A stretch of DNA of 63,433 bases, counting the filler, from Octopus bimaculoides (Eukaryota), in NCBI RefSeq assembly GCF_001194135.2. It is 8 parts of 8 records of this genome, joined end to end, with 100 filler letters (N's around TTAATTAATTAA, not from the genome) between each part and the next. Parts side by side here need not be neighbours in the genome. Positions count along the whole stretch, not along the records: positions 18,461 to 36,906 come from NC_068989.1; positions 37,007 to 42,528 come from NC_068983.1; 6 more parts are not named here. One strand, written 5' to 3'. Shown one piece after another: positions 23,420-38,209 of the stretch. The first letter of the stretch is position 1, and the number at the start of each line of letters is the position of its first letter. The translations under genes and the position numbers were made by a program. Below the pieces are notes generated by a model. It had not been told where the DNA came from and did no database searches. It saw only the letters and a program-made list of their open reading frames with translations.

Positions 23420-24290
23420 CGGTAATCCTTAACTTTTTTTTGAAAACACGTTTTACGTGTTGGTCCCATTTTTCACATTTTATGAGTATACCATCCAGAT
23501 ATGGAATTGTGAATTCATACTCCACTAACGTTGCATCCATAATCTGTACGACATTTAAGCCAAAGGGTGATCTGTTGTATTTATACAATCTTTTATGTGT
23601 GTTAATTGTTAGATACTGAGAGCATTCATCATCTCTAATTTGTAGGTACGCGTCAGAGAGATTCAATTTAGAAAGTATCCTTCCAAAGTTTAATTTCGCA
23701 AATATGTCATCCAGAGTAGGTAGCGGAAAGTGGGATAGTTTAAGACATTCGTTTAAATCGGTAGAAAAATAAGCATACACTCTGATTTTTATCATTCTTT
23801 TCCTTAACGTACACAGTTGGTGACGCTTATTGATTATTTTCCACTTTTTGGATAACTCCAATTTTTTCTCCTCTCTCTAACTCTAAGTTTATTAGTTCTA
23901 ACGCTGAGAAAGGTACAGTTTGCTTTGGTTTGAATTGTGTTTTCTTTTACTTGAAAATTCGCCTTTGTTTTGGTGCACAAACCTAATTCATCAAACAAAA
24001 CTTTCGAAAATGTCTTTTTAATTTCTTTTTTAATTCACATTTTTACAGAAAACATTTATGAGAGGGTCCCATAAGTTAAATAATTCCATCAAGTCTGTTC
24101 TGAATATATTTGTCGTATTATTCAACACAAAAACTTTGGACTTTTACGTTTTCCCACGAAATGTAGAGTCATTTAACCTTTCGTCCTAAAAATGTAATTT
24201 TTTCCCCTGAAACACCACATTGAGGCTCGTTCGTATTTCTTGTCACCGATAACCTGTTTACGTGATCTTTTATAATGAAACACATCGTAC
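23420..24290 (-). pseudogene. Ty3/gypsy pol remnant (protease end to RT)
   Basis: Reads ELGLCTKTKANFQVKEN, KPKQTVPFSALELINLELER, FPLPTLDDIFAKLNFGRILSKLNLSDAYLQI, LTINTHKRLYKYNRSPFGL and YLDG (YLDD motif). Internal deletion and frameshifts. Confidence 0.88.
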
Positions 24291-24309
24291 ACTCTGATCA
24301 AATATTGAA

Positions 24310-25960
24310 AACCCGAAATCAAGACAGGAGACCCTACTTGCACCAAAACAAGTTAGAAAATGAAAGGGAGAATATCTTTAGAAGCAGTAGACTCACAAAT
24401 ATAGAAATAACCGAGATCAAGCATGGAGCGAGAAATGACTTAAATATAAGAATGAAAGGAAATGAAAAATGAGACGAATAGAGAAACTCTCCACGAGACT
24501 CAACTGAAGGAGTGCTGTCTGACCAGAACACGCAAATATCTGAAGAAATTAATTGTAATGAACCCGATAGAGATAGCGAGGAAAGTGATAAAAATATAGT
24601 ATTTGAAGACCACATATTTGCTGAAGAACACAGAGAGTCGATACTAGAAATGAAGTAGAAAATCCTGAATAAGCTTGCAGTTATAAGACATGCCAATATG
24701 TACGATAGAGAACCACTCTATAAACAGTCAAATAGAATCCAATATAACAAACAAATTAAACTTGCCAACTATATAACAAAAGTAGTCATAAAAGGAATAA
24801 AAACCCGATCTCACTGAGTTAAATGGAAACATTTACACATCTGCTAAGACAGTTGAAACTTGTATGCCTACGAAAAATCAATGAAATACAAACCTAGAAC
24901 GAATTCATCGCTGGAGAAGTAACACTTATAAAAAGAAGATAATGAAGGGTGAAATACCAATATTGAACGAATTAATCTGTGGAAACGATGTAAGATCCAG
25001 AAAAGGAGGAGAGACATCACAATAATAGACCTAAGAATGACACTCACGAAGGGTCATAAGTGAAAATAACCTGATAAAGACGGGATACCATATTTCTAGC
25101 TTCATCGCTCCATGCGTATGCGAAAAGTTCAGCTATTCAATGAATTTATGATAGATCCTTCGAAAACACCTGATTGGTTAGCAAGTTGTAATACCTAACT
25201 TCTTCCAAAGAATAATGAAGCCACATTTCAGCAAAACTATCGAACCATAACCTGTCTATCTGCCACGTATAAAAGTTTAACATCCATCCTCGTGGCGGAA
25301 ACATACGCCTTTATGAGGCAGAGCGATGTTTTGCCCACCGTAAAAAATAGATGCAAAGATCCAGTCATAATCAATTGCATGATCCTTGAAAACTGTTATA
25401 ACAAACGCAAAGGACTTAATTCCGCATGGCTCGATTATAAAAAAAGGCCTATGATAACATATAGCATTCATGGATCTTGAAATTGCTGAATATCATCAAA
25501 ATTTCTCCCGTAATTTCAGACTTCCTGAAGTATAATATTATCAGTGTGAAATGCGAATCGCCAAATATACCACTCTAATGGAGTACTGACTTCACAAAAT
25601 ATTACTATCAATTCTGGTATTTTCCAAGGACTCTGGGATTCAGCGTGCCAGCATGAACGGGAAGATCAAGACGGAATGTTACAGGAGAGTTAGAGCAGTC
25701 CTGAAATCCGAGTTAAATGCATGTAACAAGGTGTTAGCTAAAAGAATTTGATATGCTCAGAAGGTATAAGGATTTGCTGCTTGAAATCAAAAAATGTGGC
25801 ATTGCAAGACGGTTACAATACAATGTTTGTAGGAGCACTTGCAATGATCAAAAAAGAAACTGAAAAGTATTTGAGTATGATCCTTGGCTACCCGTCCATG
25901 CAAGAAGAGGTGCAAATTTTTTTTTGATACGTCACAAGCATTGAGAATAGCATCATCGCT
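24310..25960 (+). pseudogene. R4/Dong-like non-LTR retrotransposon remnant, internally deleted
   Basis: Reads TPDWLA..LLPKNNE..NYRTITCLSATYKSLTSIL, AWLDYKKAYD..HSWI, GIFQG and C-terminal YKDLLLEIKKMWHCKT..GALAMIKKETEKYL. Confidence 0.8.
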
Positions 25961-26194
25961 GTGAATTTTCTTTCCTTTTTCCCCTTTATTTTCTTTGTTT
26001 TCTTTTTTCGTCTTTATATTTTTCTTCTTTCCTTTTTCTAAATTTCTTTCTCCCTCATTTTTCAATGACACGTCTTTGTAAATGAACCCATCTGGTGTGT
26101 TTATTTTAATGGCCTACCAATGTATACAGTGAATTTCCTTGCCCTAGGTCGGGAAGACACAGAACAAGAAATTGAAACAAAATTGAAGCAACAG

Positions 26195-26420
26195 AATAAT
26201 AACAACAACAACAACAACAACAACAACACAAGACAAGAAAGAAATCGAGTTTCAGATGAAGAGAGTAGCAAGCCACGAATCTTAATTGAGAGATTGTCAT
26301 CTGACCAAATCATGCAACGATCTGAAGAAAAAAAATCTAATTAACCTGAAAAGTGGTTTAGACATATAATCTGAAGACCACAGCTGAACAAAATAAAGAA
26401 TCTAATGATGAAAATGATGG
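26195..26420 (+). mobile_element. 5' fragment of the same Dong-like family, preceded by (AAC)n
   Basis: Strong similarity to 28620-28860 (agccacgaatcttaattga..ctgtcatctga..acgatctgaagaa). Confidence 0.7.
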
Positions 26421-26845
26421 CGGTGATAAGAGAAGAGCTCCTCATCACATTTGCTGCCTCATTCCTCTCGGGTCTCTGGTTATGGCTGATAATGAAATTT
26501 GATACGTGTCCGTGATGATTTGCTTGAATTGGATGTAGAATGTAGAATGAGGAAGCAGATATACTCTGGAAAGGCTAGTGCTAGTTTTATTGTAGTTTAT
26601 AACCGTGAGCTGCAAAAATATTTTGCATAATTTTTTTAATGAATATTCTGTCCTTCTACTTTTTTCAATAAATATTTCCTCTTCATCCTAGGCTGTGATA
26701 GTTTCGTCGATATTCACTTACATAACCAATCCAAGTTTTTAACCACAGTTGGCATTGTATGTTTCAGTTGGACTCGAAGTTCTACTGGAATTTTCTGTCT
26801 TGCGAATTTTATTTGTGACTACCACTGTCTCTTTCCACATCTCTC

Positions 26846-26906
<61 letters not shown>

Positions 26907-27094
26907 ATTCTCTTCTCTTTGTTCCTGTCTCTGTATCTCTCTCTCTCTCTCTCTCTTTCTGTCTCAGTGTGTCTGTTCCTCTCTTTCTTCGCTTTTCCAA
27001 CTCTTCAGAACAATTTTTCGTTGACAATTTGTAACACCTTGGCGTTCTTTCTGTTCCCTAGTTTTATCGGTTATGTTCCTCCATCAATGACAGA

Positions 27095-27414
27095 GTAAGA
27101 TTCTGAAGAATGGAGGAAGAAGATTGGTTAGAATAGATGATAGTGTTGTGAAGAAGTTCCAAGTTCTCACAAGCGTAAGGAGTAATGGTGAAAGCATTTT
27201 TCAGGCTGCATTCTCTTTTACTCTTTTACTTGTTTCAGTCATTTGACTGTGGCCATACTGGAGTACCGCCTTTAGTCGAAGAAATCGACCCCAGGACTTA
27301 TTCTTTGTAAGCCTAGTACTTATTCTATCGGTCTCTTTTGCCGAACCACTAAGTTACAGGGACGTAGACACACCAGTATTGGTTGTCAAGCGATGTTGGG
27401 AACAAACACAGACA

Positions 27415-27452
<38 letters not shown>

Positions 27453-28546
27453 GACAGACACACATATATATATATGACGGGCTTCTTTCAGTTTCCATCT
27501 ACTAAATCCACTCACAAGACTTTGGTTGACCCGAGGCCATAGTAGAAGACACTTGCCCAAGGTGCCACGCAGTGAGACTGAACACAAAACCATGTGGTTG
27601 GTAAGCAAGCTACTTACCACACAGCCACTCCTGCGCCTAAAAGATGATCAATGACAATTATGAAACCCTCCAGATGTACGATATGAGGAAAAATACAGAG
27701 AAAGATCATCAACCGGAAAGTCCTGCACGGATTGTTTGTTTTCCTACAAATAACGGATGAAGATGATGAAAATTCCTTGAGATGGACAAGAGATGTTTTT
27801 TTTTTTGAAGAAAGAGACAGAAGGACTTATTCTTCCTAGTCAAGAACAAGTCTTACGAAATAACTCAAACAGTTGTAGTGTTGATAAGAAAGCAGTATTA
27901 CTTTTGTGCAGGCTATGTGGAAAATCATATCAGACAATCAGATATATCATTAGGAGATGCTCATAACTATATCAAAAGTGATACAAAATTGCCATAACAC
28001 AATACCGGAGCGAATACATTGAGCTGTGCAAGAATTAAGGTCTAAAATTATCCAATAATTCGCACGAGCACCAACCTTTGCGAGTATCAGAGATTGATCA
28101 AATGAAACACACATGGGATTTGGCATTATACAGAAACAAAAAGCTGTAGCACCACCCACCAGATATCACCCTCCTACTGAAAGAGTCCAAGAGTCCAAAG
28201 AATGAACCTAAAAGAACGTAGCTATACCTGTAAACCAGAATATTATGAAGAAAGATGACGAGAAAGCCCGATGATAGGAAGTGAAAGGAATCCACGGAGC
28301 CTCAAAAGTGAGTACAGTACCTCTTGTGATGAGTACACTTGAGACCATCTCAAAGAGAAAAATATTCTGCCGTCAAAAGCTGCAAATAGCGAACTTTTAT
28401 GGAAGTATTCTATTGGCAGCTGTCCTTTGAACAGCTAATGTGTTGAAAAAACTTTTGCGTCACTAAGCTTCGCGATGGTCCTGGGGGCATGAGATATATA
28501 AATCAAATGTTAAGTGAATAATAATAATAATAATGTTAATAATAAT

Positions 28547-28620
<74 letters not shown>
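27095..28620 (+). pseudogene. R4/Dong-like LINE 3' portion (CCHC knuckle plus RLE endonuclease) with (AAT)n tail, interrupted by a SINE
   Basis: Reads GGRRLVRIDDSV..FQAA, EGLILPSQEQVLR, CRLCGKSYQTIRYII..C and WD..HHPPDITLL..VAIP..EK (PD-(D/E)xK region). 3' UTR followed by (AAT)n at 28517-28620. Confidence 0.75.
27211..27638 (-). mobile_element. CORE-like SINE, full length, nested in a Dong-like LINE
   Basis: Reverse complement of 966-1398. Confidence 0.88.
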
Positions 28621-28622
<2 letters not shown>

Positions 28623-30720
28623 GCAACAACAACATCAACATAAGACAGGAAAGAAAATCTAAATTCAGATGACGAAAGTAGCTAGCCACGAATCTTAATT
28701 GAAATCTGTCATCTGAACAAATCACGCAACGATCTGAAGAAATAGAAAAAAAAATTCTAAAGAACTTGATAAAAGTAGCCTGAAAAGTGGTTTAGAAACA
28801 AAATCAGAAGACCACACTTGGCAGAAGAACACAAAGAATCTAATGATGGAAATGAATTCGAAAATTCTGAATAGACTTGCAGTTGTAAGACATATAAATA
28901 TGAATGATAGAGTGCCGCTTCATAAACTCACAAATACAAATAAAATAAAACGCAAATTAAAATTGACAACTATGTAACAAATGATATTGTACGTAAGTTA
29001 AATTCGAATATTACTGAAATTATTTACGCGTCTACTAAAGCAAATGAAACAAGTGGTACACCTTCGAAAAAGACAAATCAATCTTGTGAAGATAGTCACA
29101 CCAGAGGGATGAAATAGAAAAAGACATTGAATTAATAAGTGAAAAAAGCAATGACAACTGAGCTAATATCTCGAAATGATGTAGGATCCAGAAAATGAAG
29201 AATGATGAAGAGAAAATATGGATTTTAATCAAGAAAAGAACTGATATCAGCAGAAGAAATACTGAAGGAAAATGTCCAGTTGCAGCTCAAAGAATACGAA
29301 GATTTGGAAAATAAACCAATTTTTAGATACTTTAGGCGCTGGAACAGTTATATGCAAACTTGAACAAGAACAAAACTATAAATGCCAAGGAATAAATGAA
29401 GGCGCTGGTATTCGGGATGCAAGCAAAGAAAGGAGTCTTATAGGAGAGTACGAGCATTTCTGAAATACGAGCTAATGCACATAAACATAGCAGTTCCAGT
29501 TGCTGCTTATAACTTCAATGCGCTGAAGTTGAATAACAATGAAATAAAAAAAAATTGAAAGAAATATCCTTAAGCTGCTAAGTTGTAACAAGATACAATA
29601 CCAAAGCCAGATACGGATCATCTTTACCTTCCCAGAGCTCAAGGAGATCGAGGTTTGATCTGATTTGAACTTTCTTGCAAAGCCACGTAAAATATAGCAA
29701 TCAAATATCTTGAAATTACTAACGATTGGATGCTAAAACTTGGTGAAAATCAGAAGAGGAGTAATAAGCTTCATTTTATCTCGCAGAAGAGAACAATTGT
29801 CTACTCAGTGCATAAATGATATCCAGGTTAAGCAGCCAGAAGGAAATGTGACAACTGTTATTGCAAAGAAATTAAAATTAATGGCATGAAAAAGTGGTTA
29901 GTAGGCGGGGCTTAAACCTCTGTCAGGCAAACGTGTGGCCTGCAGTAAAGAAGCTAGTGTTGACAATAAGCACACCCATCAGTGGCTATAAAGTTCGAAG
30001 TTAAACTCAGAGAGCGACAATTTCATCTTAGCTGCTCAAGATAAAATCTTGTTGACCCGGAACTGCAAAACCAGTGTGGAAAAATGGAGTAGATCCAATT
30101 TGTTAATAAAATGGCATTAAAAGCGGGGAGCTGGCAGAATCATTAGCCGGGCAAAATGCTTATTGGAATTTCGTCCGTCTTCTCGTTTTGAGTTCAAATT
30201 CTGTGTAGTTCGAGTTTGCATTTCATTCTTTGAGGATGGATAAATTAAATACCAGTTGCGAACTTGGGTCGATGTTATCAGCTTAAAATCCTTCACTTAA
30301 AATTCTTGGTTTGTGCCAAAATTTGAAGCCAATACGTCGACATTATAGAATCAAAACTGTTGACAAGTGATGTGAAGATCACTCTCAGGTTGTAACGGAG
30401 GGAATACATACATCAATCATTTAGGACTTTCATGTATATACAGACAAGATCATCAAAGCTAATAAACTGGGCATTGTTGTAAAAGACCAAAATAACAAAG
30501 TCTGTGCGTAGGATTGAAATGCGGTTCCCTTGTATTCATAACATTGCGGAAAAGTTAAAATGCCAAGATTTGTTCCTTGAAATCAAAATCCTGTGTCACC
30601 CCAAAGTAGTTACAATGCGAGTGAATGTAGGACAATTACGAATAATCAAAAGATGAACGGAATATTATTTGATAATGATCCCTGACTTACGATCTCTGAA
30701 AGAAGAGCAAAACATGTTCT
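28620..30720 (+). pseudogene. R4/Dong-like LINE remnant, internally deleted, interrupted by a SINE
   Basis: Reads KILNRLAVVRHINMNDRVPLHKL (shared with 24660), AVPVAAYNFN, HQWL..ESDNFILAAQDKILLTRN and DFHVYTDKIIKANK..IVVKDQ..QDLFLEIK. Confidence 0.75.
30120..30333 (+). mobile_element. Second tRNA-SINE family copy nested in a Dong-like LINE
   Basis: gcggggagctggcagaatcattagc..gagttcaaattc..tgtgccaaaatttgaa. Confidence 0.75.
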
Positions 30721-33067
30721 ATACAGTACGTTTTAAAAAATGCAAAAAAAAACAAAACAGAAATGGTTTAACCGCAACGTTTTAAAACGTGCAAAAAATT
30801 GTTCTAACCGGTACCTTTTAACGTAACCCGTATTGATATCCAGACCTTAGCAATCTTCTGAATGAAATCTTTCCTAAATCTTGACAAAAGTTAAAAAAAA
30901 AAAGATTATGTAGTACTATGTATGAAAGAATATGACTGTCGTGAAACTTTTGATAAGACAGTGCCATGGTTACTTAAATTAAATACATTCAGTTGCTCTG
31001 AAACATTGTTTCATGATAGCATCTTTTACATCATCTATGTCATATTATAATGTGCTTTTAGATGCACATATTTGAATCCACAGGGATGCCATTTATAAAG
31101 AATAAGTAACTGGCAACCAGTCATTAATATCAGATTCAGTTTGTTGAATGCCATAATGAAATTCCATATAGGTTGTTATGTAACTCTTCACAATGCAACT
31201 CTTCACAAACAGTTGCAGAGTTAAAAGAAATAGAAAATAAGCATTTTTTATGGCGAATACATAGTCACGCTAGCAAGAATAAAGACTTCAGCAGCAAACG
31301 GTATCGAGGGAAATGGAAAAAACGGATTGTTAAAACGGGAACGAATCTCCTTTAGTGCCTTATTACTTAACGCATTCACCGGTTCGATTTCCTCTTATAT
31401 ACCTATTTATTTTTTTGTAGCGTTTTGCTACCTCTTCAATAATCGTTGACTCTCTAACTGGTGAGTGTTTTAAGTAATAACACACTAAAATAGAATGACT
31501 CTCCACAGACACAATTATGCTCCAATACACGAATTCACGCACAGAATCTTGCAAACCAAATACAAAACAGAATTTTAGCGTGTCGAATGAGAACTACTAG
31601 AGCCAAATGCAACGACTATAGTGACTACAAATCATGAACTAGGGTGAGAAGAGGTCGGTTGATGGTATTTTTGTAGGCGTATGTGGAAAATTACTCGCAG
31701 TCTTTGTTGTTTTGTTCATTTACAATTTGCTTTCAAGTCCGAAAGAGTTTAACTATGTTTTTTTATTCCTCCGGAATTGTATATTTAATCACGACTCACT
31801 AAATTCGATCTCGTTTTGTGTCTCGTAGGAATAAGAAGTTAGTACGGGCCCCCGGAACATCTGAAAGAAGGATATATGTATTTTAAAACTAGACCCTAGT
31901 TCGAATGCTTGTAACGAATAGGACCGAGCGACAGTTTATGTTTAACCTCCAAGTAATCAATGATAAGATATGAACACAGAACTCAGAGCAATACAACAAT
32001 GAGCCTTGTGTTACGTTTTAACGACTCCAACCGGCCACCGCATTGCACTGTTACATTAATTGTCAATCGAGGGAAGATCCAAGCAAAGTCTTCGAACGTA
32101 TCCCAAATCAGAATGCAAAGAACAGCAATAATTTATTCACATCATTGCTATTCACTACGGATTATAATATAAATAAGCTTCTGACCTTGTATTTGACATC
32201 CTGTTCACAATTCTCGTGATGATATTGGTTTTAAGCAGCATCCACTTTTGCAATACACAGACAGCATTGAAAGCCACACTGCTGTATTAGTAAACTTTCG
32301 TCTATTAGTGTTGCCTTAAGCGTGCACAACATAACGTGAGGTCAGAGATTCGGAGTACAGAACCAAGCCAACTGTGGGACAGTATAAGGAGTAGAAGAAG
32401 GGAAAACAGCGAAAAATGAAGAGCTTGAAGTAAAAATAAACAAAAATGACTACAGAAATCATTGATTAAAATCAGCAACAGATTCGACAATTGTACATGC
32501 CATACTCGACATATATTTTTGTTATAAATATGCATAACGAATGAAGACAAATAAATGGATAATTCAATAAGTCACTGTGTCACTCCGTTTTGAGAAGTTT
32601 CCTGGTGAGCATAGGAAATGGAGAATGTATTGCTTAACTTAAATAATAGATAATGCTTTCATCGGAATACAAACTTCCAAAGAGAATTGTAGCAACACTT
32701 CAAAATCTATCTACTCATTTGTTTTCATTTTGATACATACGTATCTACATACATACACCACATGCCAGTCAAATCTCGCTGCTACGATACATAGAATATC
32801 AGCATCTTTTCTCACAATGATGCCACAGATAGCCAGCAGACTCTTTACAAATAATTATTTCCGAAGGAAACAGTATTAGCCTTGTATTAGCGTTATTAGC
32901 CTTGTGAAATCCTCTCATATAAGCACTTCCATAAAAACACACACATGGATCGTAGCAGAGTACAATTACCTGGCATGGGCTCTGGAATTCTCATATCCTA
33001 TGACTTCATTCTGCAGGAAATCATTACTGGGAAACATTTAGTCACCGTACGCCAGTCAAACCTCGTT

Positions 33068-33127
<60 letters not shown>

Positions 33128-36100
33128 TATATTGATACACTACATTCAACTCTTACTGCAGTGAAACAATGAGACTTGATTTCTATGCATTATCTTTTGA
33201 AGACAGAAGAAACTCTGAGATCATGGGTGCGGCTATTCGCTTCCTGAGTAACAGCAAATTAAAATAAATATTTTTCTTCGTGGTCTTCACTACTATACTG
33301 ACTCGTTTAGCGAATCAAGGTTACATAATTTACTGAATATATTGAATGTAACATGAAATCGACTCCTTTTGCTGAGGGTATTGAATATCATTATTCTTTA
33401 CTCTCAAATGGGAAGAGATGTGTTATCACGGAGGGTGACTCATTGAATTTGACTTGATATATTGTATTTAACATACTAAAATATCATGATGTTATCATTT
33501 AGCGTATATGTTGGAGAAATATTTGCATTAAAAAATATGAAGACTACATTTACAATAAATAATGTCTCCACATGAAGTAATTAGCGAGAAGTGAATGGAA
33601 ATTAATTGGATAGTTTTATATAATTAAGCTTTTGCTAATACGCAAGTTATATTTAAAGTAGCTTTTGTTTTGCAGCGGAGTAACAAGAATATAACTTCAA
33701 AAAATATCTTGTTTTCTAATTGGTTTACCATGTTAATCGGATATTTTTTAAAATGTGTAATTATTTCATTTTAATTGATACTAGGATGTTTTTTGTTGTA
33801 ATTTCCTTTTAATTACATTATTCATTTAGCAGATAGTCATATTAATTGTTGGGCTAATTTTTGCATTGCATCATTGCATGTTGCTGATCAAACTAGTTTA
33901 AATCTCCTATTGATATTAATAACAAACGAAATATGTACTGGAATTATATACTATTCTTTATGTTGTTTACGTTCTATCAATCCGATATAAAACTGATTAA
34001 ACTGGTTTAATCAACTTTCAAGCCACCATCAACGCAGATTATATTCTGAAGTAGTGTGGTTCCTAGTGCATGTGACACACACTCTCATTTGTCTTTTAAG
34101 CAAGCGGATGTAATTCAAAAATAAATAAATCTATTTTTATGCATGACAAACAACCACGTATATTCTCTCTCGTTACTCCCAGACGAAATTGATTTAGCAG
34201 CAAGAAAAGTCAATCTTTTATTACAGTACTCAATGTGTTCTTCCTATATAAGGTTGAGTTATTGAGATTTGAAAGAACGGTTCACTACTTTTTCTGTCAC
34301 GTATAGCCAAATTATTAGACGACTCCATCAATGCCTTTAGAAATCTCTATCGATTGACGTTTATTTTTTAAAAACATTATGTTCAGCAGCTATACTTTGT
34401 TCGCAGGAGTTTGGACATTGTTTGCACGCTCAGGACTTTGTACGAGTAGTGACAGCACAGCGATTATTCTTTTCTACTGTAGGAACAAGGCACGAAATTT
34501 TGCGGGAGGGGTTCAGCCTTTCACCTCATTCGCCGCAGGAGATCTATAATTTTCTCTAGCAGCATTTTTCGTATAGACGTCGCTGGTTATTCTTTGTAGA
34601 ATAACCAATGTCGTAGTGTTCCATGTTGTCCGTGAGTTGGTGGCAATCATGAATATGCAGAAGCACGAGGCGTCGGTGCAGCTATGAAGCATAAGTGACG
34701 TGGTAGTTTCCGTAAGACACTGTGTTCTATATCCACATTATATACGCATATACCTTCACACACACGACAAAGCACTGTGTTCGAAACGTTATACTATCAC
34801 TGTATAAATTTTACTTTTCCTTTTTTGTTGTTAACCTAATAATATTAACTCTAGGAATGACTCTGACTAATTTGTATTTGTATATAATTTATTGTCTTGT
34901 TTGTAATTGATTTGTTTCATACACACAGCACTCGCGTATTTACAAACACAAACTCACACGCACACATAGAGGGAAGCACGCACACACATACACACACACA
35001 CATGGACATATTCCCTAGTAGGAACGTATGTCTGTGTTCATTAGTATTTCTCTGAGACATTTACTGCAGGACTCTGTACGTTTGCATTATCATAATAAAT
35101 TGCCAACTTCTTACATATTTAAATACGATTCTAACTGTTGAAGGATGTGCACGCAAGATATAATGTTGCGAAATATAGTTTTTTTTGTTAGGTAATGTCA
35201 ATAATTTTGTTAATAACTACAGAATTTGATTCTCTCGCAATAGCTGTGCACGATACTACCTCCATTTTCTTTTCGCTTTAGTGCATACATTCTCTTGCTC
35301 AGTAACATAATCTTCTGAAAGATTATTCCGTACTACGTTCATTTTTTTTATTGTTTCCAACCAAAACCCAAGAAAGCAGAAACATCTAAAAACATCCAAA
35401 ACATTATATCCTGAAGGCAAACCATCTAAGATCGTGAAATGATCAGCTTCACTGTCCTTTACTGTCCTCACAAAACACTTTTTACCTTAACTTCTTTCAT
35501 AGCAGCTCACTTTGATATAAAGAACACATAAATGCGTATTATATTAGCAAATAATATCCAATCGTTTGTGCTTATAATTGATTGGTTTATCGCGTGCATT
35601 TTTCAGATTTTTCCATTTGATGTAAATAATAATGAAATACCAACTACATATCCCTTTCTTGTGAGCAAAAATACATTGTAGGCTTCCTGTTGCATAGAAC
35701 GTGAACATACTGAAGGCCAAGTCGAGGGACATCACACATTGAGATCAGACATCGATATTGTGCCGTTACAGTTGCTGCAAATCTCGTATCCTAAACAGAC
35801 GTCGCCACAACACTTCATCGATTACGTTCAAGTTTTAACAGTGCAAATAACTTGAAAGTATGTGGAAAATATATGAAGAATGACTGTGCGAGAGGTTTTA
35901 GAATTAGGTCTTAGTTATAAATATAGAGTTCACCTCCCGTAATGAGAGGGAAATGTTTCCGTAGCATCCTTACTAGTTGATAGAAACCAGCCCATATCAT
36001 GAGAAATATTGTTTTGCACATACATCAATTCCGGTGAAACTAAATGTTAAATGAGCCGGATATAAATTGTCAGCTGAAAAACTAGGTGTTCTAAAAGATT

Positions 36101-37006
36101 TCTGTGAACTGATGTATATAGATTGATGCGCTTGCGTATAGTTCCACATGTATGAATTCATGTAAGGATTTTAAAAATAAAATCGGTTTATATTTGTAGA
36201 ACACTCAAATTATAATGAGTAATATAGGTTAACAATGAACCCCCATTTCATATTCCGTTAAAAATGTTACAAAAGGTGTGAACACTTGTGTATTGAATAA
36301 TTTAGTTTGGAGTTCCTAAAACGTGAGTTTTCATATATAAAGAGAGAAATTACAGAATGGAAAATAAGTAAATAAAAAAGAAGTCAACGAACGAAAACGA
36401 GGGAAAAGCAAAGGGAAAAGATATAAGGAAAAAAAAGCTTATAACTCATATACACATTGATAAATGGCGTTTATATAATGACAAATCTAAATGTAACAGA
36501 AACCGGAAAGAAGTCAAAAAGGAAAATGGGAAAAATGGAGTAAATATATTAAAAAAAGAGAACAAGAGAATCATGTCACCAAGATCATATAGATTTTGAA
36601 ATGAATGTAGTGCATAGCTTGTTTCTTCAAAATCATTTTAACACCTTTTGGTTTCTGATTTTTTTGTTACTACTTTTATTCAATTTCCATCTCATCTTAC
36701 ATTTGAAAATACGGGATCACTACTTTTTATGTAATTATGTGAACGTTAGCACAAATGAATTCCAACGAACAATCAAACTCATACTCTGCTTCCAAATATG
36801 TTAGATTTCAGTGTTATGATTAATGTATAAAATTGGAATATGAATCTCAACGATGTACTTGGGGAATCAAAGTTTCAACTAAGTACAAAATATATTTTAA
36901 TGAGTGNNNNNNNNNNNNNNNNNNNNNNNNNNNNNNNNNNNNNNNNNNNNTTAATTAATTAANNNNNNNNNNNNNNNNNNNNNNNNNNNNNNNNNNNNNN
37001 NNNNNN

Positions 37007-37071
<65 letters not shown>

Positions 37072-37499
37072 AAAATATACATCAAACATAAATGTGTGTA
37101 TAATTGATTTTATGCATATACATATTAAAATTAGAAGAATTTTGTGTTGACTCACCCATGCGCCTTAACAATTTATTTATACGCATGTATAGTTAGACAT
37201 TAATCAGTACGGGATAGCTTTGGTTGAGGAGACATAAGGAAGTCGAAACACCAAGATTCCCCTGTCCTAATTAATCGAATGCGTTTTGTACACGCATCCA
37301 CATACAAGGAGAATTTATTCTACAATGATAAAATAGTAATTAGTGTATTCGCGTTCGAATCCACCAGAACATAATAAGAATGGATATATGTATGTTATCG
37401 CATAGTAAAACGGTTTTTGAACATGCATAAACATCCATATGCGTTGAATCTGAAAGTCTTTCACATACGCGCCCCACGATATGAATCCACAGTGGTATA

Positions 37500-37723
37500 G
37501 TTTGGTTAAAAAGCTCGCGCTGCAACCACATGGTTCCAGGTTAAGTCCTACTGTGCAACATTTTGGGCGAGAGCCTTCTGCTATAACTACGGGTTGAACA
37601 CAGCCTTGTGAGTGAATTTAGTTGGCAGAAACTGGGAAAGCATGTATGTATGTATGTATGTATGTATGTATTATGTTTATCTGACTGTATGTATGTATAT
37701 GTGTGTTGTGTGTATGTGTTGTG

Positions 37724-37820
<97 letters not shown>
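37500..37820 (+). mobile_element. Diverged CORE-like SINE 5' half running into a long (TG)n
   Basis: gcaaccacatggttccaggttaagtcc..ttttgggcgagagccttctgctata..gccttgtgagtgaatt. Confidence 0.6.
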
Positions 37821-37822
<2 letters not shown>

Positions 37823-38173
37823 TGAGTGCACAAAGCGGCGAATTAGCAGAATCGTCAGAGCTTCTGCCAGAAGCTCCTACCGTATTCGTTCTGACAGTCT
37901 ATGGTCAAATCCCGACGAGTGCTACTTATCCTTTCCTTTTTTTTGTCTTCTCTTCTCTGATTGTCACTTCATTTCAATTGGTCCATTCGACCTCGTTACA
38001 AGCATGTCACGCTGATTCGGCATTAAGAATAAGTCTCTGTTAAATGCTGGAGACTCTTACACACGGATTTCGTGATCTAGAATTCTGTTAATGGAACAAA
38101 TGTTTACAGTCGACACCGAGGAAGAACCATTTCTATATCGATTTTTCAAATAAATATGTATGTTCGAACTCAG

Positions 38174-38209
<36 letters not shown>

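Noticed and set aside
35256-35735. Minus-strand ORFs (MNVVRNNLSEDYVTEQENVCTKAKRKWR; EICSNCNG) as upstream ZMYM exons
   Set aside because: The phase-2 donor does not match the phase-0 acceptor at 16881, there is no recognisable motif, and they lie on a different scaffold block.
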